NCBI RefSeq assembly: GCF_039654945.1
Contig: NW_027361673.1
Coordinates: 33,790,001-33,854,000, forward strand
Length of the DNA: 64,000 bases
Direction: 5' to 3'
From: Dendrobates tinctorius
Lineage: Eukaryota
A program made the position numbers and the translations under genes. The notes beneath the pieces were generated by a model. It was given only the letters and a program-made list of their open reading frames with translations, made no database searches and was not told the DNA's origin. Shown here piece by piece: positions 27,029-43,570 of the stretch (positions are counted from its first letter, which is position 1; each line of letters begins with the position of its first letter).

Positions 27029-27441
27029 AGGGAATCTGTTACCAAGTTTTTGCTACCTAAACTGAGAGCAGCCTGATGTAGGTGCAGATACCCCGATTCC
27101 AGCAATGAATCACTTACTGAGCCACATAGTGTAGTTTTTATAAAATCACTACTTTATTAATAAGAGCTTTTCAGTAGAGGACTAGAGAACCTGCCGTAGG
27201 TCCAGCCATGTCCCACCACTTATTGGCAGATTTCTGCTGATGCATAGTATACACAGAAAGCGGTCAGAGGTGTGGGTGGACTTCTACAGGGCTCAGCATT
27301 CAGAGAACTGCTAGATCTGCTCCAGAGAAAACAGTTTTTAATCAAAAACTGCAGTAAATTATACAATGTTGGAATCAAGGTCTACATCATTAAATCATGT
27401 TGCTCTCAGATGGTGTAGCAAAAACCTGCTCACAGATTCCT
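27029..27441. mobile_element. Kolobok/T2-type MITE
   Basis: ttaa|agggaatctgttacc ... acagattcctt|ttaa; related copy starts near 50116. Confidence 0.7.
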
Positions 27442-30400
27442 TTTAATCAACCGACAATGTATGTTGTTAACTAGTGGACAGCAGACCTTTAAAACTGAAC
27501 CAGACTTCAACACAAGATGTCTACTATAGCACAATAAACTGTAAATCTACCATGAGTTCATATATTCTGCTGCTATATAAACTATACCATTAATGTTAAC
27601 ATCTGACACCAGACAAGTGCACGTGTCCACTCTTCTTTTCACCCGAAAGCTCATCCAAGTCAAGTGTGCATTTCTGTGGACGAGTCAGATGGTTGACACT
27701 GTAGCTCAGCTTGCTCAATGTGTGTAGCAGCCACTGCTCAGAACTGCAGATCAGTTCCAGCTCTCTTGAATAAAATCTACTTAGTCTACTTGAAAATAAT
27801 ACTAAGCCCCAACTTTTAAATAAAAGCTACTCAATGATCAAAATGGTTTAAACCCATTGTTATATTGCCATGGTGCTCAGCTGTTCACCATGTGCCCATC
27901 CTTTGAGAGCCCTGGGGGAACCACTACCAATCATTCCTTTTCCCCCCTCCAATGTGGTTGTCATTCAGATGTTTAACAGTAACAAATCTCTGGTTTCTGT
28001 GAACATCGGTAATTTAATAGAAAGAGATCTGACAGTGTCACTTTACCTGGTTTATGATCATAGACACTTGTAAAATGTACAATTTAACAACATTTTGGAA
28101 GAATCACTTTAAAAAGCACCTGCATAAGCACTTTTCTGTTTTTTTGGACATTAATACCTATAAAAATGCAGAATTGTGGTGTATATATATCTTAACAGGA
28201 CATTATTAGAAAGTAAGGGAATGGATGTGTTATTTGATTTGTGGACTACAGGACAGAAATGTCTCATGTAGAAGATGAGATAAAACAGTATTTTACCAGA
28301 CTTGGCAGTGAAAATATATAGAGGTCAGCAGGCTCATCTCACTAACAATACAAGTTAGCAGGTCGGTGCTGATCTCGGAGACAAAAAAGGAAAATCAATT
28401 CATCATCTCTAACAAACCCCAGAATAAGGAAAGAGAAATAGTGACTGTCTATAGAATCACGAATCAATGGCTTTTTCTCTTAAAGAATGCAACTTATATT
28501 GCCAGGAAGAGAGTTTCAAAAGGAAGAGGAGTTGTGTGTTCGCTCTCTAAGTAAAGGGCTGACAGGAGATTGGCAGTTTTGTACTCCTGTGGCACTTTTG
28601 AATGGAAAGTAATAATCCCGCTTTGGACACAATGTCTACACTTCTAAATTCAGCACTCACAGGTTTCAGGAGGTGGAACAGTATCAGGATGATGTGCATA
28701 AACTCCTTCTATTGATTTTTACAGTGGATATTACTGCTGTGCTTCCTAGAAACTGTAACACGCAAAGTAATTGTGTACAAACAGTAAAATATGAAAAACT
28801 TAGTAAGTCAACCCTTGAAAACAGTATTCCCTTCAATCGCCTTGTAAATCGTGATAGAGTGCCTGATTTGTAACCAGAATCGGTGCCCCTCTTGTCTGTA
28901 GGTCATGTCTCATATGGCAGTTCAGTCCCATTCAAGTTTGAGAGGCTGAGCAGCAATATAAGGCAAAGTATTGTGCCAGAAACTATGGACAGAATTTCCT
29001 CAGGCACCTCTTTTTATCTCTTTCACTATACCATACAATAACATACCGAAAAACAGACAAATTATCAAAAAAACCCCTCACAATTCCACCATTGTTTTAT
29101 TTTGTTTTTACGGCGTTCACTGTGCAGTTAAGATCACCTGCTAATGTCATTCTCCAGGAAAGATTGGTTATGGTGATACAAAACTTATATGGTTAGTGGT
29201 TCAAAACCAAACTAAGAGCTTTGTTATAAAAAAAAAAAATTGGGTTTGTATCACCATTTCTTAGATCTGTAACTTTTCATTTCTCCGACAGACATGTTTG
29301 AGGCCTTTTTAAGCTGACATTTTCATTAATACTATTTTGATGTACAAACCAAATTGTGAATGCGCTTAATTGAGTTTTTGTTTTTGTTAAAGTTCGAAGA
29401 CAAAAAAAAAAAAAAAGCAAATCCCAGTATTTTGATTTTTGTTTCATATTCATTGTACAGAATACATTTTTATACTGGCTATTTGGTATAATGTATTTGG
29501 CAATACTGAAAATGTTTTCTTTTTTTTTTTGCCATTTACATTTGAGGTGATTTCAGCTTTTTTCATTTTTTTTATATGTTTTGATTAGTTCCCTTAGGGA
29601 ACTTGATCTTACATTCACTTGATCGCCTATACAATAGAAGAGAATACTGAAATTGATGAGACACATCAACTGATCCCGCTCCATACATTGACAGAGCACA
29701 GCCTCCATACATGTACAGTGGTTGTCACTAAAGGGTTAAAAGAGTACCGTATATACTCGCGTATAAGCCGAGATTTTCAGGCCATTTTTTGGGCTGAAAG
29801 TCCCCCTCTTGGCTTATACGCGAGTCATATAGCAGGGGGTCGGTGGGGTAGGGGGTGCGGGGGTGTCAGGTCATACTTACCCTCTCCTGGCGCGGTCTCT
29901 GCAGCCCACCCTGCTTCTCCTGGTCTCAGGCTCCTGCCTTCAATGGTCACATGGTACCGCTCATTAAAGTCATGAATATGCGCATATTTATTACTTTAAT
30001 GAGCGGTACCATGTGACCACTGAAAGGAGCCTGAGACCGGGAGAAGCGGGGCTGCAGAGACCGCGCCAAGAGGGGGTAAGTATAAGCTATATTCACCTGT
30101 CCCGGGTCCATCACTGCACGCTGCTCTGTCCTCTCCGTGTCCTCTGTCTGTGATGTTCAGGTTAGAGGGCTCGGTGACGTAGTTAGTGCGCGCCCTCTGC
30201 CTGAATGTCACTGACAGGACACGGAGGAGAGGACAGAGCAGCACGCAGCCATGGAGCGGGGATCGGTAAATATCGCCAGTGCTGGGGTCCTGAGCCAGCG
30301 GTGACATCAGAACCTGTCTCCGCCTACTCAGGACACCGGCACGGGCCCCCAGCGACAAGAGGTATATAATTTTTCTTTTTTATTTGCAGAGCCAGCAGCA

Positions 30401-30463
30401 GCAATATATGGGGGCATAATTATGGAGCAATATATGGGAGCATAACTATGGAGCAGCAATATA

Positions 30464-32096
<1,633 letters not shown>

Positions 32097-32468
32097 TATG
32101 GGGGCATAATTATGGAGAAGCAATATATGGGGGCATAATTATGGAGTAGCAATATATGGGGGCATAATTATGGAGCAGCAATATATGGGGGCATAATTAT
32201 GGAGCAGCAATATATGGGGGGCATAACTATGGAGCAGCAATATACGGGGGCATAACTATGGAGCAGCAATATACGGGGGCATAACTATGGAGCAGCTATA
32301 TACGGGGGCATAACTATGGAGCAGCAATATACGGGGGCATAACTATGGAGCAGCAATATACGGGGGAATAACTATGGAGCAGCAATATACGGGGCATAAC
32401 TATTGAGCAGCAATATACGGGGGCATAACTATGGAGCAGCATATGGGGGCATAATTATGGAGCAGCAT
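32097..32468 (+). repeat. 29-bp minisatellite (ggagcagcaatatacgggggcataactat)n
   Basis: About 13 tandem units; the array continues at ~30395-30463 and 35405-35760. Confidence 0.92.
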
Positions 32469-32470
32469 AA

Positions 32471-34956
32471 TACGATGGACTACTTGCTAGAGATGGGGTG
32501 CACCTTATGAAGACTGGAAAACATGTATTTGGAAGTCGCCTTGCTACACTGATCAGGAGAGCTTTAAACTAGAACAATGTGGGAAGGGAAGCAAGCAAAA
32601 GGCCAGAAAAAGCCATACACCTGACAAATGCTATTGAGAACTCTGCTATTAGAAGTGGAAAGGAAGAACAAAGACAAAAGAATCTAAATAATAAAAATAT
32701 TGGAGAAAGAGAAACCAATCACAAACTAAAATGTTTCTATACAAATGCACAAAGCATGGGCAACAAACAAGGAGAATTGGAACTACTAACGCAAGAAAAG
32801 AAATATGATGTAATGGGACTCACTGAAACTTGGTGGGACAATACACATGATTGGAATACAAGGCTAGAAGGATACAATTTATTTGCAAGAAACAGACTTG
32901 ATACACGAGGAGGAGGTGTCGCATTGTATGTTAGAAATGCGTATATCTGCACAGAGATTGAAGCTTCAGAAACTGGGAGTTCTGTGGAAACTGTTTGGGT
33001 AAGAATACAAGGACAGAACAATGGAAAGGACACCATTGTAGGCATTTACTACAGGCCGCCTGTGCAAGCTGAAGATATGGATGAACTCTTTATGCATCAA
33101 TTGGCCAAGTTCTCCAAAAAACATGACATAGTTGTCATAGGAGATTTCAACTATCCTGACATTTGTTGGGAATCTCTCTCAGGAAAAACTAACAGGTCAA
33201 GGAAATTCTTATCCTCTCTTGCTGACAACTTTATCTTCCAAAAGGTAGGGGAGAAAACAAGGGGAACTGCTACCTTGGATCTAATCCTTATAAACAGGGA
33301 GGAAGTGGTTGAGGAGGTAAGAGTGGCTGGGACCCTAGGAGGTAGCGACCATGCTATTTTAGAATTTTGGATAACTAGAGGAGGAAGACCTGTGAAGACT
33401 CAGACGTCAAGGTTAGATTTCATAAAGGCAGATTTTAAGGGATTCAGAAAGAGAATTGGAGGGATCCAATGGCTGGATATCCTTAAGGACAAAAATATCC
33501 AGGAAGGATGGGAAATCTTGAAAAATGAAATTCTCAAAGCACAATTGTTAAGAATTCCAAAAAGAAGGAAGAATAGGAAGCGTTTAAGGAAACCAAGATG
33601 GATGAACACAGAACTTAAGCACATGCTAAAAAGGAAGAAAAAAATGTTTATAAAATAGAAAGAGGGAGGCATATCTAAAGAAGAATATAATGCTGTCTGC
33701 AAAACCTGCAGGGCACAAATCAGATTATCTAAACCTGAAAATGAATTGAGGCTTGCAAGAGATGTCAAAAGCAATAATAAAGGATTTTGGGGATATGTCA
33801 AAAGTAAAAGAAAAGTCTAAGATGCTATAGATTTTTACAGGATGAAAATGATGAAATGGTAAGACAGGATGTTGAGAAGGCCGAACTTTTAAATTCCTAT
33901 TTTGCATCTGTTTTCTCTCAGAAAGGAAATGTAACATCAACTGTTCTTCACTGTGCTATTAAGGGAATAGAAGAATCCAGGATATCTATAAACAGAAATA
34001 TAGTGAGGAAACACTTAACTAACCTAAATGAATTCAAGTCTCCAGGTCCAGATGAATTACACCCCAGAGTACTACTGAAGGAGATAGCAGAAGAAATTTT
34101 TGAACCGCTCTCCAAAATCTTTGAAAATTCGTTGCGAACAGGAGAAGTCTCAGAAGACTGGAGAAGAGCAAATGTTGTTCCTATATTCAAAAAAGGGAAG
34201 AAGGTGGACCCAGGCAACTATAGGCCAGTGAGTCTGACTTCTATACCAGGAAAGATTTTGAACAAATTATTAAACAACATGTATGTAAGTACCTGGACAA
34301 GAATGAAGTGATTAAACAGAGTCAGCATGGGTTTCTAACTAATAAGTCATGTCAGACTAACTTAATTTCTTTCTATGACAGAATCACTGATTGGGTGGAT
34401 CAGGGAAATGCTGTAGATATAGTATATCTTGACTTCAGTAAAGCATTTGACAAAGTATCTCACACAATCCTTATTGAAAAAATGACCTAATCTGGAATAC
34501 TGTGTCCAGTTTTGGGCGCCACATTTTAAAAAAGACATCAACAAACTGGAGCAAGTTCAGAAAAGAGCGACCAGAATGGTGACCGGTCTGCAAACCCTGT
34601 CTTATGAGGAAAGGTTGCAGGATTTGGGAATGTTTAACGGTCTACAAATATCTCAAGGGCTGTCACACTGCAGAAGGATCATCTTTATTCTCATTTGCAC
34701 AAGGAAAGACTAGAGGCAATGGGATTGAAACTGAAAGGGAGGAGACACAGATAATAGAAAAGACTTTTTGACAGTTAGTGATCAATGAGTGGAACAGGCT
34801 GCCACGAGAGGTGGTAAGTTCTCCTTCAATAGAAGTCTTCAAACAGAGGCTGGACAGATATTTGTCTGGTATGATTTAGCGAATCCTGCTTTGAGCAGGG
34901 GGTTGGACCAGATGGCCCAGGAGGTCACTTCCAACGCTACGATTCTATGATTCTAT
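32471..34956 (+). mobile_element. 5'-truncated, internally deleted CR1 LINE (ORF1 end, ORF2 endonuclease and start of RT, 3' end)
   Basis: ORF1 tail DGLLARDGVHL...RRALN*; APE motifs YTNAQS, GIYYRPP, GDFNYPDI, SDH; NYRPVSLTS, YLDFSKAFDKV; (attctatg)n tail; deletion at ~34487. Confidence 0.93.
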
Positions 34957-34960
34957 ATGG

Positions 34961-35397
34961 GAAACACAACGTGAGCAAAGGAGCTCCAAAGAAGCGATAA
35001 ATAGATCCACACATAATATGGTAAAAAATATAAATTTATTAGCAATAATATATTAAAGAATCAAATACAGATCCATAAAAGGGGATGTTTGGCTCTCCAG
35101 CTCTGTCTCCCTTTGCTGTTTAGCCCATTTTGTCTTGGATTTGACACTAATTGTTCCTACATCCCCTTTTATGGATCTGTATTTGATTCTTTAATATATT
35201 ATTGCTAATAAATTTTTTTTTTTTACCATATTATGTGTGGATCTATTTATCGCTTCTTTGGAGCTCCTTTGCTCACGTTGTGTTTCATATATCTGTGCGA
35301 TAGGTCTAATTGTATCCATGAATGTCCTATTAAGCGATCTCTATAATTGATGTAATCCTCAACTAGGATGACATTTGTCATGAGCAAACTATTAATT
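34961..35397. mobile_element. Short insertion with inverted 5' duplication, probably a truncated Penelope-like element
   Basis: 128-bp inverted arms 34961-35088 and 35159-35286 (2 mismatches), 70-nt spacer, ~110-nt tail; direct repeat tgattctatatggga at 34948-34962 and 35398-35412. Confidence 0.65.
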
Positions 35398-35404
35398 TGA
35401 TTCT

Positions 35405-35760
35405 ATATGGGAGCATAATTATGGAGCAGTATATGGGGGCATAAACTATGGAGCAGCAATATATGAGGGCATAATTATGGAGCAGCATATGGGGGCATAA
35501 TCTATGGAGCAGCATATGGGGGTATAACTATGGAGCAGCATATGGGGGCATAATCTATGGAGCAGCATATGGGGGCATAATCTATGGAGCAGCATATGGG
35601 GGTATAATTATGGAGCAGCATATGGGGGCATAATCTATGGAGCAGCATATGGGGGCATAAACTATAGAGCATTTTATGAGGTCATAATCTATGGAGCATC
35701 TTATGGGGGCATAATCTATGGAGCATCTTATGGGAGCATAATCTATGGAGCATCTTATGG
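35405..35760 (+). repeat. 26-28-bp minisatellite (ggagcagcatatgggggcataatctat)n
   Basis: Direct reading; continuation of the 32097-32468 array. Confidence 0.9.
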
Positions 35761-37087
35761 GGCCATAACCTTTATGGGGAAACATTTTGGGCATTATTAA
35801 CCTTTGTGCAGCATTATATGGGGTATATTTTGTATGGAGCATCTTATGGGGCCATCTCGGACTGTATGGAGCATTATATGGGGCTCCTGATTCAATATGG
35901 ATATTCATAAACATTTAACCTACTGATGTCTCAATTAATTTTATTTTTATTGGTATCTATTTTTATTTTTGAAATTTACCAGTAGCTGCTGCATTTTCCA
36001 CCCGAGGCTTATACGCGACTCAATAAGTTTTCCCAGCTTTTTGTGGCAAATTTAGGGGGGGTCGGCTTATACACGAGTATATACGGTATGTCATATTAGA
36101 TGATTCATGTGAAGCCTTCATTTTAAAGAGAGGTTCTGATGCAGCTGAAATGTAGACCCATGAATGCCAATATGGCACAAAACTTTAGCCAAAGAGAACA
36201 TTCCAACTAAAATGTGCCATTTACTACAATACAAAATAACATTAAGATCTTGTAGTAACATTTGACATTCTCAACCCAATTACATTTTTTAAACACCACT
36301 CCAGTGTTTTCTTTTATTCCAATGCTGGAGTGGTGCTATTAATCATTGTAAATTTTCTGACCACACTATTATACTCAGTATGCTGTGTTCAGCTGTTCCC
36401 GGCATCACTCTAGTCCACAGTCGCCATCTTGTGACTGCAACTTCCAACTGACCAGAAGTCAGAGGTAACGTTCACAAGCTCTTGATGTACGTCTATGACA
36501 TCCCCGTTCTGGCTCTCATAGACTTACATTGAGTTGAGGAGTGATCTATCAGGTTACAACCTACAGGAGACCAACCAGAGGGCCGGAGAACAGAATAAGT
36601 AGGCGGCTGGTAACTATAATGCAGGGAACTTACATTGGTTGCACCACTCCAGCGCTGCAATAAATATAGCCGCTGGAGTGGTACTTTAATTTAAAAAAAA
36701 TAAAGAAAATTACATGATGACCATAACAGAACATTATACTAATGTTATTTTGAAGGAAAAACGAAGGCAGGTATCACTTAATGGCTGCCGAGATGAAAAC
36801 TTCTTCAAATCAAAACACTTATTGGAACAGGTTACAGTCAACGCGTTTCAGGGTCACACAGGGCCCCTTCATCGGGACAAACCTAGTGACATTATAAGGT
36901 ATAGCTCTCTTTTATACTGTGTTTCTTGAAAAAAATGCAAACAAGGCACATGGCATGTAGAAGTTCAAACATGTCACGAGGATGAACACAGATGTCAGCA
37001 CTGTTTAAAATTACAAAGACGAATTTCTATTAACACCAAAGATATCAAGGTACATTTGAAATGTCATTATAGAAATTAAAACTTTAA

Positions 37088-38093
37088 CGCCTTCGTGCTG
37101 GAACCCATTTTCATTTTTGAGTTTCTGATTTACGCTCCCCTTCTTCCCAGAGCCATAACATTTTTATTTTTCCGTCAATATGGCCATGTGAGTGCTTGTT
37201 TTTTGCGGGGCGAGTTGTACTTTTGAAAGACACCATTGATTTTACCATATCGTGTACTAGCAGACAGGAAAAAAATTCCAAGTGTGGTGAAATTGCAAAA
37301 AAGTGCAATCCTACACTTGTTTTTATTTTCTTCACCATGTTCACTAAATGCTAAAACTAACCTGCCATTATGATTCTCCACGTCATTACGAGATTATAGA
37401 CACCAAACATGTCTGGTTTAATTTTTATCTAAGTGGTGAAAAAAAATCCAAAACTTTGTAAAAAAAAAAAAAGAAAAAAAAAAATTGTGCCATTTTTCGA
37501 TACCCGTAGCGTCTCCACTTTTCGTGATCTCGGGTTGGGTGAGGGCTTAATTTTTGCAAGCTGAGCTGATATTTTTAATGATACCATTTTGGTGCAGATG
37601 TGTGTTATTGCATTTTAACGCAATGTCGAGGCGACCAAAAAAACGTAATTCTGGCGTTTTGAATTTTTTTCTCGCTATGCTGTTTAGCGATCAGGTTAAT
37701 CTTTTTTTTATTGATAGATCGGGCAATTCTAAACGTGGTGATACCAAATATGTGTATGTTTGATTTTTTTTATTGTTTTATTTTGAATGGGGCAAAAAAG
37801 GGTGATTTGAAATTTTGTATTTTTTTTTTTTTTAACATTTTTAAAAACTTTTTTATTTTTACTTTTGGCATGCTTCAATAGCCTCCATGGCAGGCTAGAA
37901 GCTGTCATAGCCTGATTGGCTCTGCTACATAGAGGCAATGCTCAGATCGCCTCTATGTAGCTGAATTACTGCATTACTATGAGCGCCGACCACCGGGTGG
38001 TCCCAGCTTTGAGGTGGGTTCACCGCCGGAGCTCACTTCAAAAGGGGGAGATGCAACATACGCCGTGGTAGCACAGCGCACATCGCAGAGGGG
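37088..38093. mobile_element. ~1-kb TTAA-flanked piggyBac-like non-autonomous element
   Basis: ttaa|cgccttcg ... cagagggg|ttaa; shares internal motifs (gcgggacgagttg, ataccaaatatgtgta) with 18000-18620. Confidence 0.75.
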
Positions 38094-38574
38094 TTAATAA
38101 ACAGAGAAAATATCAGCTCGTAAAGATAAAAAATAAAAAATGTAAACAAGATTATAAACAATGAATGGATAATACATTGTGCTAGCTAACAATTAGCTGA
38201 TCATGCTACATGCCAGTTAGCAGTAACAATTTATATTTCATTTAAAAAAAAAAAAAAAAAAATTATGACACCCTATTGTCATTGGATAATACCCTATTGC
38301 GCTTTCTCTCTTCCCAGTTTATTCCAATGTGATTTGTTTGTGTCTCAGTGCTCATCAGATTCTGCCATTCTGTGGAAGTATTTTTAATTTCCAGTATCTT
38401 GTATGCCCTGTGCAGCACAGTTATTTTAATGCTTTCAGTGCATGCTTTTGGGAAAGAATACCAATGTAAAGATTCTATTCCCTTCTCTCAAACATTGCCT
38501 TTACTTACAGTTTCCTTGGTCCCGCTTTATTAGCGTGCCATAATAGCTCACTGTCCTCACAGACCGTACATTTT

Positions 38575-39236
38575 GGGTGTGTGCACACGCTGTGGATTCT
38601 GCTGCGGATCCACAGCAGTTTTTGCTGCGGTGTACAGTACCATTATAACCTATGTAAAATGAAAACCGCAGTGCAGACACCGCAGCATGTCACTTCTTTG
38701 TGCGGATTCCACAGCGGTTTGGCACCTGTTCCATGACAGGTGTCAAACCGCAGGAAAAACTTCAGATAAACCGCAAGTCTTTTGACCTGCGGATTTACCT
38801 GCGGTTTGGACAAATCCGCGCGGAAAATTCCACAGTACAATCTGCAGCGTGTGCACACACCCTAAGGGTATGTGCACACATTGCAGATTACCCTGCAGAT
38901 TTTTTCGCGTGGATTTTGCTAAATTCGCAGGTAAAATGACCTGCGTTTTACATGCGGATTTAGTGCAGATTTCCTGCGGATTTTCTGCAGTTTTTGTGCG
39001 GATTTCACCTGCATTTTTAAACCTATGGATTCCTATAATGGAAAAGGTGTAAAAACGCTGCGGAATCCGCATAAAGAATTGACATGCTGCAGATTCAAAA
39101 CCGCAGCAAATCTGCGCGGAAAAACCCGCAGCATGTGCACAGCGTTTTTCATTTTACATTGACTTTAATGGTACTGTACACCGCAGGAGAATCTGCTGCG
39201 GATCGGTAACAGAATCTGCAACGTGTGCACATACGC
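38575..39236. mobile_element. Two adjacent PIF/Harbinger-type MITEs (38575-38862 and 38866-39236) separated by TAA
   Basis: gggtgtgtgcacac...gtgtgcacacaccc|taa|gggtatgtgcacac...gtgtgcacatacgc|taa. Confidence 0.85.
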
Positions 39237-40959
39237 TAAGAACTTCTCTGCTGGACAGCAGGTGAAACTTGCTACTTCCTAGTGAGGAAGGTAAAGATCT
39301 CGGAGCTTGAACATGAGACCACATACGAGACCAGCTTACAATGGGTATTTCAGCTAATGACAGTGCAGTAGGGCCTAACATTACTACACAGTTAGTGATG
39401 TGCATTAAACATAAAACTCTTAATATTTAATGACAGACCATATATAAAAAAAATTATTACATTGAAAGCCATTTTCTATCCTATTTTCATTTATTTTTAA
39501 TTGAATACCATGTGTGCATCCAATTTTTTAAAAATTACAAAGCAAGCATTTATACAATCCTTGAAAAATGCAATGAAGTCTGCCCTCAGCAAAACCATAT
39601 ACATGGAAACAGAATTGCTGAGCAGAGTTTTAGCAAGGCAATTGCCAGTTAATAGAGGGAACCAGGTCACTGGCTATTCACTGAACAAACCTTTGTAAGC
39701 AGTGAATAGCCATTTTTATTGTGAAAAGACTTGTTTCATCAACACTGGAGCTGTCCTGGGTGAAACTAAAAAAAAAAATAAAAAAAAAGAGTCCCTTTCC
39801 ACAATACAAGACAAGAGGACAAAGTCAAACAAATGAGAAAATAAATGCACAATGGTCAAAACGTTTTCTTTGTCTTACTCTTAGCATTTACAATCGAAGA
39901 TCTTAGCAATTGTGGTCTAGTTTACCGTAAGGTTGGGTTGTGCCTATATTGTGCTTGGCGTACACATCTAAAGCGTAATAGATAACATATGAACTAAACA
40001 TATACAAAAGTACACGTTAAAGTGTCTTTTAAATGATATAGCAGTGGAAACTGGCCAAAAGAGCAAATGACAAGGTATTTCCACAGTATATGCAGACCAT
40101 AAGTAATAAAAGAAATACCTTTCCATAAAAGAAGAGTAAAATTTAGGATGCCGATCTCCAAGTACAAGCCTCACCAGTCCTTCCATTTGGCTGGGGCATA
40201 CAACACAATACTTATTGATAAACACAGGAGAACTTCTTATTTGTTGTAATTAATTGTAGAATGCGTCCAAAGAGAAACAAGACTCAGCTGCCATCAATTT
40301 TAAACATAAAATGGGACACATAGCCAGCATCTCTGGAGGCATCCCTTAACCCCTTCATGACCCAGCCTATTTTGACCTTAATGACCTGGCCATTTTTTGC
40401 TATTCTGACCAGTGTCCCTTTATGAGGTAATAACTCAGGAACACTTCAACGCATCCCAGCGATTCTGAGATTGTTTTTTCGTGACATATTGAGCTTCATG
40501 TTAGTGGTACATTTAGGTCGATAATGTTTGCATTTGTGAAAAAATCAGAAATTTGGCAAAAATTTAGAAAATTTCGCAATTTTCACATTTTGAATTTTTA
40601 TTCTGTTAAACCAGAGAGTTATGTGACACAAAGTGGTTACTAAATAACATTTCCCACATGTCTACTTTAAATCAGCACAATTTTGGAAACAAATTTTTTT
40701 TTCGTTAGGAAGTTATAAGGGTTAAAAGTTGACCAGCGATTTCTCATTTTTACAACAAAATTTACAAAACCATTTTTTATAGGGACCACATCACATTTGA
40801 AGTCACTTTGAGGGGTCTATATGGCAGAAAATACCCAAAAGTGACACCATTCTAAAAACTGCACCCCTCAAGCTACTCAAAACTACATTCAAGAAGATTA
40901 TTAACCCTTCAGGTGTTTCACAGGAAGTAAAGCAACGTGGAAAGAAAAAATGGACATTT

Positions 40960-43565
40960 TAATTTTTACAACAAAAATTTTCTTTTAGCATCAATTTTTT
41001 CATTTTCACATGAGCAACAGGATAAAATGGATCCTAAAATTTGTTGGGCAATTTCTCCTGAGTACACCGATACCTCATATGTGGTCATAAACCACTGTTT
41101 AGGTACATGGCAGGGCTCAGAAGGGAAGGAGCGCCATTTGACTTTTCGAATGGAAAACATGCTGGAATATTTAGCGGTTGCCATGTCACGTTTGGAGAGG
41201 CCCTGAGTGCCTAAACAATGGAGCTCCCCCACCCCCACAAGTGACCCAATTTTGGAAACTATACCCCCCCAAGGAACTTATCTACATGCATAATGATCAC
41301 TTTGAACGCCCCAGGTGCTTCACAAATTGATCGGTAAAAAAAAAGTACTTTTTTTTCCACAAAAATTTTCTTTTAGCCTCAGTTTTTTCATTTTCACATG
41401 GGCAGCAGGATAAAATGGATGCTAAAATTTGTTGGGCAATTTCTCCTGAGTACACCGATACCTCATATGTGGTCATAAACCACTGTTTGGGCACACGGCA
41501 GGGTCCGTAAGGGAAGGAGCGCTATTTGACTTTTTGAATGGAAAATTAGCTCCAATCGTTATCGGACACCATGTCGCGTTTGGAGAGCCCCTGTGTGCCT
41601 AAACAGTGAAATCCCCCCACAAGTAATACCATTTTGGAAAATAGACCCCTTATGGAACTTATCTAGATGTGTAGTGAGCACTTTGAACCCCCAGGTGCTT
41701 CACAGAAGTTTATAACGCAGAGCAGTGAAAATAAAAAAATCATTTTTTTTCCTCAAAAATGATTTTTTAGCACGCTATTTTTTATTTTCACAAGGGGAAC
41801 AGGAGAAATTGGACCACAAAAGTTGTTGTGCAATTTGTTCTGAGTACACTGATACCCCATATGTGGGGGGGAACCAATGTTTGTGCGCACGGCAGGGCTC
41901 AGAAGGGAAGGAGCGCCATTTGACTTTTTGAAATGAAAATTACCTCTAATCGTTAGCGGACACCATGTCGTGTTTGGAGAGCCCCTGTGTGCCTAAACAT
42001 TGGAGCACCCCCACAAATGACCCCATTTTGGAAACTAGACCCCCTAAGGAACTTATCTAGATGCATAGTGAGCACTTTGAACCCCCAAGTGCTTCACAAA
42101 AGATTATAATGCAGTGCCGTGAAAATAAAAAATATTTTTTTTTCCCTCAAAAATTTTTTTAGTGTGCAATTTTTTATTTTCACAAGGGTACCAGGAGAAA
42201 CTGGACCACAAAAGTTGTTGTCCAGTTTGTCCTGAGTACGCTGGTACCCCATATGTGGGGGGGGACCACTGTTTGGGCACACGTCGGGGCTTGGAAGAGA
42301 AGTAGTGACATTTTGAAATGCTGACTTTGATGGAATGGTCTGCGGACATCATGTTACATTTGCAGAGCCCCTGATGCACCTAAACTGTGGAAACTCCCCA
42401 CAAATGACCCCATTTTGGAAACTAGACCCCCTAAGGAACTTATCTACATTTGAGGTGAGCACCTTGAACCCCCAAGTGCTTCACAGAAGTTTATAACGCA
42501 GAGCCGTGAAAATAAAATATCATTTTTTTCCTAAAAAAATGATTTTTAGCCAGCAATTTTTTTTTCCACAAGGGTAACAGGATAAAATGGACCACAAAAG
42601 TTGTTGTCCAGTTTTTCCTGAGTATGGTGGTACCCCATATGTGGGTGGTGACCACTGTTTGGGCACACGTCGGGGCTCGGAAGGGAAGTAGTGACATTAT
42701 GAAATGCTGACTTTGATGGAATGGTCTGCGGGCGTCATGTTACATTTGCAGAGCCCCTGATGTACCTAAACTGTGGAACCCCCCCACAAGTGACCCCATT
42801 TTGGAAACTAGACCACCCAAGGAACTTATCTAGATGTGTGGTGAGCACTTTGAACCCCCAAGTGCTTCACAGTTTCTAACGCAAAGCTGTGAAAATAAAA
42901 AATGATTTTTTTTCCTCAAAAAATGATTTTTTAGCTCGCAAATTTTTATTTTCACAAGGATAACAGAAATTGGACCCCAAAAGTTGTTGTCCAGTTTGTC
43001 CTGAGTACGCTGATACCCCATATGTGGGGGGGAACCATTGTTTGGGCACACGTAAGGGCTGAGAATGGAAGTAGTGACGTTTTGAAATGCAGACTTTGAT
43101 GGAAAGGTCTGCGGTCGTCATGTTACATTTGCAGAGCCCCTGATGTACCTAAACTGTGGAAACCCCCCCCCCACAAGTGACCCCATTTTGGAACCTAGAC
43201 CTTCCAAGGAACTTATCTAGATGTCTGGTGAGCACTTTGAACCCCCAAGTGCTTCACAGAAGTTTATAACGCAGAGACGTGAAAATAAAAAAATCATTTT
43301 TTTTCCACAAAAATAATTTTTTAGCCCCCAATTTTTTATTTTCCCAAGGGTAGCAGGAGAAATTAGACCACCAAAGTTGTTGTGCAATTTTTCCTGAGTA
43401 CGCTGATACCCCATATGTTGGGGTAAACCACTGTTTGGGCACACGTCGGGGTTTGGAAGGGAGGGATCACCGTTTGACTTTTTGAACGCAAAATTGGCTG
43501 GAATCAATGGTTGCACCATGTCGCGTTTGGAGACCCCCTGATGTGCCTAAACAGTGGAAACCACT
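40960..43565 (+). repeat. Tandem array of ~7 units of ~385-395 bp inside copy 3
   Basis: ttttggaaactagaccc-like landmark recurs near 41255, 41635, 42030, 42417, 42803 and 43190. Confidence 0.9.
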
Positions 43566-43570
43566 CAATT

